Positions 21,282-28,808 of a stretch of 28,808 nucleotides of DNA are shown one piece after another. The stretch is from Octopus sinensis. Its lineage: Eukaryota. The stretch is from the NCBI RefSeq assembly GCF_006345805.1, contig NW_021833509.1, forward strand, positions 1 through 28,808. Direction: 5' to 3'. Made by a program: the position numbers and the translations under genes. Positions within the stretch are counted from its first letter, which is position 1. Every line of letters starts with the position of its first letter. The notes beneath the pieces are model-generated. The model was not told the origin of the DNA and ran no database searches. It was given only the letters and a program-made list of their open reading frames with translations.

Positions 21282-22415
21282 ACATTATTCCAGTTCTTTT
21301 ATAGGGTGTAGAAAAAGTAAATTACCACTGCAGTAAGTGACGCGTTCGGAAATTAAAATTACTTAACCAAATAAAAATGAAAAGCACCGATTGAGCCGAA
21401 ACTCAGTTTTCCTCTTTGATGCTATGGCATATTAATCGCAGTCTTTGCCACCATGAAATAAACACATACATTCCAGCACATCATTACTATGCAGGCAATC
21501 TTAGGAATTTATGATTCTTTTGTAGCGTAGCACCTGCACAATTCTTTACCATTCATCACTTGTTTTCACGAGGACTCGATTTGAACACCAACATTTTTCA
21601 TATTATACAGTGCAAGGCATAATATATTCATTCTGCTCTCAATATTTCCAAAGAAAATGTTTATAGTTTACTTCACAATATAATTTCAACAATTAAATCT
21701 ATAAATCTAATATTGGTTAATCTCGGATGAAACAATTAGGTTTCTCTTCTTAATATTTATATTTTATCTATCTGTCAATCTATGGCTTTGCGTATTTACG
21801 TGTATGTGAGAGAGTGGGGAATGTTAGACCATAGTAACAATATAATTATGTATATACATTTCAAATAATATTATATCTAACTATATTTATAGTATCTTCA
21901 ATATAATTATATTTATATTATCTTTAATATAAATTTATATATTTCCCAAAATGATGTCGCTCATGATCACAGCCAGATGGAAGAAAGTATAGAAGATTAA
22001 TATTATATGAATGCATGAGCATTTGCCAGTATCTCAATGTATTTACATACACAGAATTGGTACATAAATTAACAACTACTTACATGAACAGATACAACCA
22101 TACATATAAACATTACTGATCACCAATAAATTCCAGGTTGCACCAATCGTAGTCTTATTGAGATATAAGAAAACACCGTAAATGCAGTATTCGATTATAA
22201 TTTCATCCACAATTTACAATGAATTAACGACTGAATGTTCACCATGGGCTTGATCTTGATGCTGCGTAAGGTAACAGTTTTGGTTGAGAAGCACCATATC
22301 ATACGTTAGATTAACACTTCATTTCTTGTGTTTTTGTTTTCGAGCTGAGGATATGCAGATAATCAAAACTAGAGTATTTTATTGCTCTTAAGATGGAAGG
22401 TAATCTTTATGCTTG

Positions 22416-22800
22416 AAGATGCATGACTGTGCCGTTAAGATTGCGGTTCGAAACCACATGGTTTCAGGTTCATTCCAATTGTGCGGCACATTGAGCAGAT
22501 ATTTTACTATCGCCCAGGGCTGACGAGTACGAATTTGGTTGTCGGAAACTGTGTGGAAGCCTGACGTCCACACACAACATATGCATGTGTGTGCGTATGT
22601 GTGTGTGTAAGGCTTCCACACAATTAAAGGAACATACGCAAATCGACACACATATATGTACACATACATGTTCACATTTCTGCATACGTAAATGTCGATT
22701 TTTCTTTTGTTGCTGTAACTTGGAAGTTTGGGCAAAGGAGACGCTGTACCCTTCAAGGTAGTCCACAGCATGGCTACATTCCAATGACTGTTAAACAAAA
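22416..22800 (+). mobile_element. Degenerate second SINE family (tRNA head, CORE-like domain, microsatellite middle, CR1-like tail)
   Basis: gcatgactgtg..taaga..aaccacatggtt.caggttca..c (A/B-box-like); ggcacattgagcagatattttactatcgcc (CORE-like); tail cagcatggctaca..caatgactg. Confidence 0.65.
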
Positions 22801-25682
22801 CAGACTTATAAGATTCAGTGATACGTGTCAGTTCCTATTTATAGAGGTGATGTAACTTTGCCACATCATGCATAAACTAAACATAGGGGAAGCCAATGAT
22901 TGGGACATCAAGAAAAATTGGTGAGATCTGAGAGGATTGCGCAGTTGGGGGTATAATAGAAAAGAATTCTTTAATGTGAGGAAATAGCATATGTAATAGA
23001 CGTCAAAATGTCTTGGATATCAGCATAGATATATATGCTTCGGTCTTAGTGACCCTACCCCACGCAAGGTACAACTGTATTATCTGGCATGACGATTTCA
23101 CTTCGCGAGACAAATGAGTGTCAATTCTGTATGTGGTCAGCTAATTTTGCTAGACACGGTCGAATGGTTCTGATGTTACGTTTAATGACATTATATACGC
23201 TGGAGTTCTCAATAGAAAATACAACTGCATGGTATCATCGGACAGAAAATCTGGTTATATCTGGAAGTACGGAACTAGACGTCTCATTATTGAAATGGTG
23301 GAAAGAGTCGGGATGTTCAAAAAGATAACAACTATTTCGACATCTTTAGGCAAATCAATAACAGTTCGGTTTGTTGAATTGATGGTTGAGATTAAGCAAC
23401 ACATTGTCATCGGCCCCGAATTGTAGTGCGGTTGAGGATATGTAACTTTATGTCAGTATATTGGCAAACCTCTGACCTACTTAATACTAGGTTTGCTCTG
23501 TCTATTTTACTCCTAGATATCAGGTGAGAGGACTTTCTTTCAAAACCCTGTAAGCTATGGACACTACTGCAAAAGGTGTAGTAGGAACGATCCTGTCAGT
23601 GTACCACTTAACTTGCAGCTCATGAGAAGGTCAGCTAAAGTATATCAAGAAATTTCTCCTTCAAAAATATACTCGAGGTTCAAGCAGTTGTGTAATACGA
23701 TGCCAATGGGTATTGGCATCGTATTATACATAATCTTCATCAAAAAGGGAAGAATAGATCATTTTACTGCTATTACTAGAAGCAGTGTATTATTTAAACT
23801 GCAGTCAACCATGCGCTGTGCTTGTTTAAAGATATGAATGATTGGTACTGCAAATTCCCTGCACTTTTAAAAGCCATGTTAACTCATGATGCTACAATTT
23901 TTCAAAGCTACTAGAGGAGTAATTGATAATTATTTTTTATAATTGTTAGTTTTAATAGAGTACGTGTAGTTCGTTGGTATTATAAATTTCAAAACGATTT
24001 TATAGCCAGAAAGGAATCTCGATCGCCAACTATTATAAATAGTAACATGACTAATAAACACGAGTTTATTTTATAAACATTGACTACTGTACTACATTGA
24101 TAGGGAGAGAATACATACATAAGATATATATTTAATAATGAATTAATAAATCTGGCTGCTATTCAGAATTCAGTTTAGTCGACGACTGCACAGCTAATAA
24201 AGCAAGAAATCAATGTTTACCTTCATTTCACTCGCTGAAATTAATACAATAGAGGCAAAGATTATTATGATGCCAACTGTAAATTAGAATAGATTAGTTG
24301 AAGAGAAGAATTAAGAAGTTGTGTTCAAGACGGATAATTTAATTAAGCTAAATTTCAACTTGAGATATCTTACAATAAATTAGTGCCTTGTAATCTACTA
24401 AATTTTGTGTCATTAGATATTTAGAACACCTGTTTCAATCAATAACACAATATCACACCATCAGGTCTTCTAATTCATCACGCTTCATTGTTGAGAGACA
24501 AAAACATATAAAACAAGCGCACTATCACATACTTCAGAGTTTCAAACAGAAAAAGAAAAAATAATTGAATGTAATATGACCTGTATTGGATAGCCTTTAT
24601 GTTTAAATTTCTAGATATTTATTTATTTATTTTCTCTCATTCAAGTAGCAACGGTCATTGTTATAAGTGTAAAATCGTTGTTTACACGTTTCCGTCAATG
24701 CAACCTAATTTTGAGACCACCTTCAGAGGCTTCCAATTGATTATATCGACTGATGTTCTTATTTTAGTGTGGTATTTACTATATTGATACCTATTTATCG
24801 TGTGACTCATACATTCTATAGTAAACGGACAAAATGAAATTTAGTGTTTTACACAGGTTAATAAATTACCAAGCACACACTCATACACTTGTGTGTATGA
24901 ATATGAGTATAGCAAATTCCAAGACTCATGAACCATACAAGAGAAATAATTTCATGTAGTAGTGCAGAATACCTGTTACATAATTGCAGTTAAGTGTGAA
25001 ATTATCATCCATATCTTCAGGAGGCATAACGATTTTGTGCTCTTTAAATTGGCAATTGTTAAATACCCTATCCCTGACAGGCAAACTGTGAAATGATGAT
25101 ATCCTTCCCCGTTGTTCTTGTGTCTACAAAAGAGAATATGGACACCTATATTTGTTATTATTCTTTCTTAAGCTTTCACTTACATGAAATTAAGACTCCT
25201 GAAGATATTAGTTTCGCTTATTGCCTTTAATGGATGTGAAACATTACCATAAGATCAAGCGACACTGCCAAACTAAAATCATTTGAAACGTGTTACTAAA
25301 GGGTAGTGAGGATCCGAAATGTGCACGTACACTCACTCACATAATCTTCAAGCTCTCTGACAAATCTGCCCATACACACCTACACGCATATACACTCACA
25401 AACTTTACACTCAAGTCCACATACACACCTTACCAAAGATCCTGTTATTTCTTCCTTTCCACCAACCTCATTCCTTCATGTCAATTCAACGTGTGAAACG
25501 CTTAATCCAGACACGTTTTATTCTTTCTCTGTTTTCGTTCTTCATTCAATTCTATAGAAGAGTGTGGGCTCGAACCGTCAAAGACTTCTTCCATTTTCCT
25601 GAGAGTCAAAATAATACACTATGTTTGTCGTTTTCTTTATGTGTCTCTGTCATTTTGTTTTTATTCTCTGTACAATTCTGAA

Positions 25683-25735
25683 CCCCAGCATGGCCACAGC
25701 ATGTGAGCTGAAACTAATTCAATTCAATTGAATTC
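25683..25735 (+). mobile_element. Isolated 3' tail of a CR1-group LINE or partner SINE, with (AATTC)n end
   Basis: ccagcatggccacagcatgtgagctgaa is 22/28 identical to the LINE tail at 21169-21196; followed by aattc repeats. Confidence 0.6.
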
Positions 25736-25737
25736 CT

Positions 25738-25919
25738 GTATATATATATATATATGTATGTGTGCGTGCGTGTTTGTGTGTGTGTGTGTGTGTGTGTATG
25801 TGTGCGTGTATGTATGTATACATATCTATGTATGCATCCGTTCATGTATGTAAATATATATATATAAAATAAAATTTACTTGGAAATGGACGCATAGCGT
25901 TCGATCATATAATAATATA

Positions 25920-25974
<55 letters not shown>

Positions 25975-26160
25975 TGCACACACATATATATATATATAGA
26001 TACATACATAGAGAGAGAATGAAGACAGAGGCAAACAGATATACATACAGGGATTTATATACAAACATACATACATGCATATATACATATATACATACAT
26101 ATATACATACATACATATATACATACATATGTGCACATATGTTGATAAACATGTGAATAT
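25738..26160. repeat. Compound (TA)n, (GT)n, (TACA)n microsatellites
   Basis: Seen directly. Confidence 0.93.
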
Positions 26161-28808
26161 GACAACGCGTAAACACGCTTACATGTATGACTAATTTTTC
26201 TCCTGCTTTCTTTTTATATTTTAACGATGGAGATCATCTCTGTTCTGGAAATTCGCAATATCAAATCATATAAGAGCATGCGTCGCTTCAATATCTACGA
26301 CTCAAAAGTGGTATAGGTGGGAGCGAGGGTGACTGGAGAGGTGCAATTTCTTTCGCCGTTTTTACATGTTAGCTGTTCCCCGTGAGTAAGAAAACTACGG
26401 CGGTGGCGGCATTTCCTTTTCGCAAACGTCTTATATTTCTACCGCTATAATTGCTTACCTGCCGTATGTTTGTGATTCCAAAATCAGGACCTTGCCTAAG
26501 ACTAAGAAAATGGTGTACCAAAATTGTAGCACATATTTTAGTGACAAGCTGTGTGACCTTCTCTAAACGTTTGAATTTCGCTATATTTGTAATAAGCAAA
26601 AAGCAAATGAAAGTATTCTTCTCATATATCTGTGTATTTACATGTGCATTGTCAAGCACATTAAATAGGCATAAATATGAAGATGCATATGAGAACACTA
26701 ATAGGTGATCGTTCACGCATATAAATATTTGTCGCTTAACACGGTGTGCATCATACGGATTATCCAAAAATCGTAATCCACACCAAGTACTACTTCAAGG
26801 GGCCGATTTTACCTCTTTTTGATCCAAGCATTCATAGATAGAACAGGATGTTATTAGTGTTTGTGTTTGAAGAAGAATGTTATCAGATTTCTGACCTCAC
26901 ATATGCGTACATATGCAAACAAATTCAAGTTGATATTAAATTACAATATCTCAACATTGCTTCTCGGTAAGAAAACGGTACGTACTCGGTCAAAAATATG
27001 AAAACAAAATCCAGAAAAGTATACCTATTCGATATTGTTATAAATTCCAGTGCAAAATCTCTGTTTTACGTTTGGAACATATTAGTACATGTTTTTTACC
27101 ATTATTTGAAAAACCATACCTTATGAACACATGAAGCACAAAAATTGCGTTTATATACACACGTAACTCTATTCATGTAATCCTATTCATGTATGGAACT
27201 CGCTCTGCTTAAATTAGGAGCACAAATCACTTTTTCTGCGAGCAGCTATAATTGATGTAAATTGTATGAAAGTGTAACTTCAAGAACACACATAACACCT
27301 ATATATATATGCAATACCATTTGTATCATTCATTGCACCATTTGAAACATATTTCAAACTATTGAGAAAGTAAGATTTTGTTATTTTCATTTTTTATTAA
27401 TAAACAAAAGAAAAATATACATATATCGAAGTTATATTTGCAAAATGAGAAATATTATACATTTTCATATCTTCATTATGCTCCTAAAAAATTGCATGTA
27501 ATTACTGCGTTTGACTACAAGTCTAAATTCCAAACTCTGAAATAAAACGAAAAAACATAAAGTGCATTTAATTATTCTAATTGTTCAAAACTCCAAAAAT
27601 CAATATATTTTCTATCAGACATTGCCAAGTGAAAGTGAGAAACAAAATCATTTAGTAGATAATTTTTGAGCCATATGCTTTGGAGCAAACATCAAAAAAT
27701 GGGAAAATCCTATTATTTAACAAATCTTGAAATTACTTCACTTTAGTTTGTATAAATTTATTCGCTATTTCATTGATAAATTTTTATTTTATAAATTGAA
27801 GTAATATTTAAATAAAAGTATCATTATATTATTCTTCCTGAATAGCATGTCATAAAAAATAGTTATTTCGCATTCTTAAGAATTGTAGAGAATACACTTG
27901 TACACGATATTTCATCTACACGCATCGTTAAATTAACGGGCGCATTCGTACATTCACATATACATATATATATATATCCCCCATAGTTTTGAAACTCATT
28001 AAATATTCTTCAAACAGTAATATATCTCTTTAATGAATCTCTTCAAAATAATGACAAATGTAATGTTGAAAATCAATTGTCCTATTGTTTATTTCAGTGT
28101 TTTTCGTAATTTTTCTTTTTCATTTTTTGTGAAATACAAAAGAAACGGCATTCAAAGGTTATTCAGCGTTATAATTTTGTGAAGTTTTCAAATGTATTTT
28201 ATGTTGTTCCACATTCCAAATGCAGAATATCTGTTGCGTGTTACTTTTCCAAATTAGCAAAAAAAATTTAACAAGTACCATCGATTATATTAGTTTCTAA
28301 TCATTGAAACGGAAATGCCTGATGGAAATGTATCAATTAGCATTACTGTTCTGTAAAAGTTAAAAGAACTTTTTGATTAATAGAAGAGTAACACGTCTTT
28401 TTCTATCCACTGAACACCTAGAATTATACAGAAGAACAAGGTGCATTTTAATAAGTACATGTAGCAAGTTATATGATCCGTATGAACGGTCAATCAAATA
28501 TAACAATGATGATGATGATGATGATGATATAATTCTGCTATTTATACGGATCAATTTAGTATTAAGACACATAAGCACTTCACAGGGTACAAGATAATTA
28601 CTCTTCGCCATTATTTTTCAGCCTTTTACAAGCGTTTTCAATAAATATATAGATTATATGTAAATTATTTCGACTGCGACATAAGTCCATTGAGTGAAAT
28701 ATTAAACTGGAAAAGTTACGTATCAATACAGCTTGTAAACAAAATATTGCGATCTCAATTCTAGCAACATCTCCGCGTGTACCTACGTGCATACTTGCAT
28801 GCAAACCC

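Noticed and set aside
25826-26176. ORFs of 60-116 aa
   Set aside because: Microsatellite translations.

Overview
AT-rich eukaryotic DNA made almost entirely of transposable-element remnants and microsatellites. I could not identify any host protein-coding exon with confidence. The SINE families look like those I recall from octopus (coleoid cephalopod) genomes; the species call is an inference. The main structure is at 3363-6269, where three independent 5'-truncated copies of one L1/Tx1-type LINE (minus strand) each sit inside a (TAGA)n/(TCTA)n microsatellite in the same register, suggesting a microsatellite-targeted retrotransposon. The longest copy has a nearly open ORF2 fragment and a complex 5' inversion that flips the YADD reverse-transcriptase (RT) motif. 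Also present: the 5' part of a CR1-group LINE with two tandem Cys3His repeats (1-640), a Penelope-like ORF remnant with a ~700 bp trinucleotide-repeat linker (9541-10880), a decayed CR1-group RT (19760-21218), a possible very old I-group LINE, several tRNA-derived SINEs, Tc1/mariner and MITE fragments, and a perfect 64 bp palindrome centred on (TA)19. All family calls come from reading translated motifs by eye; no database search was run.
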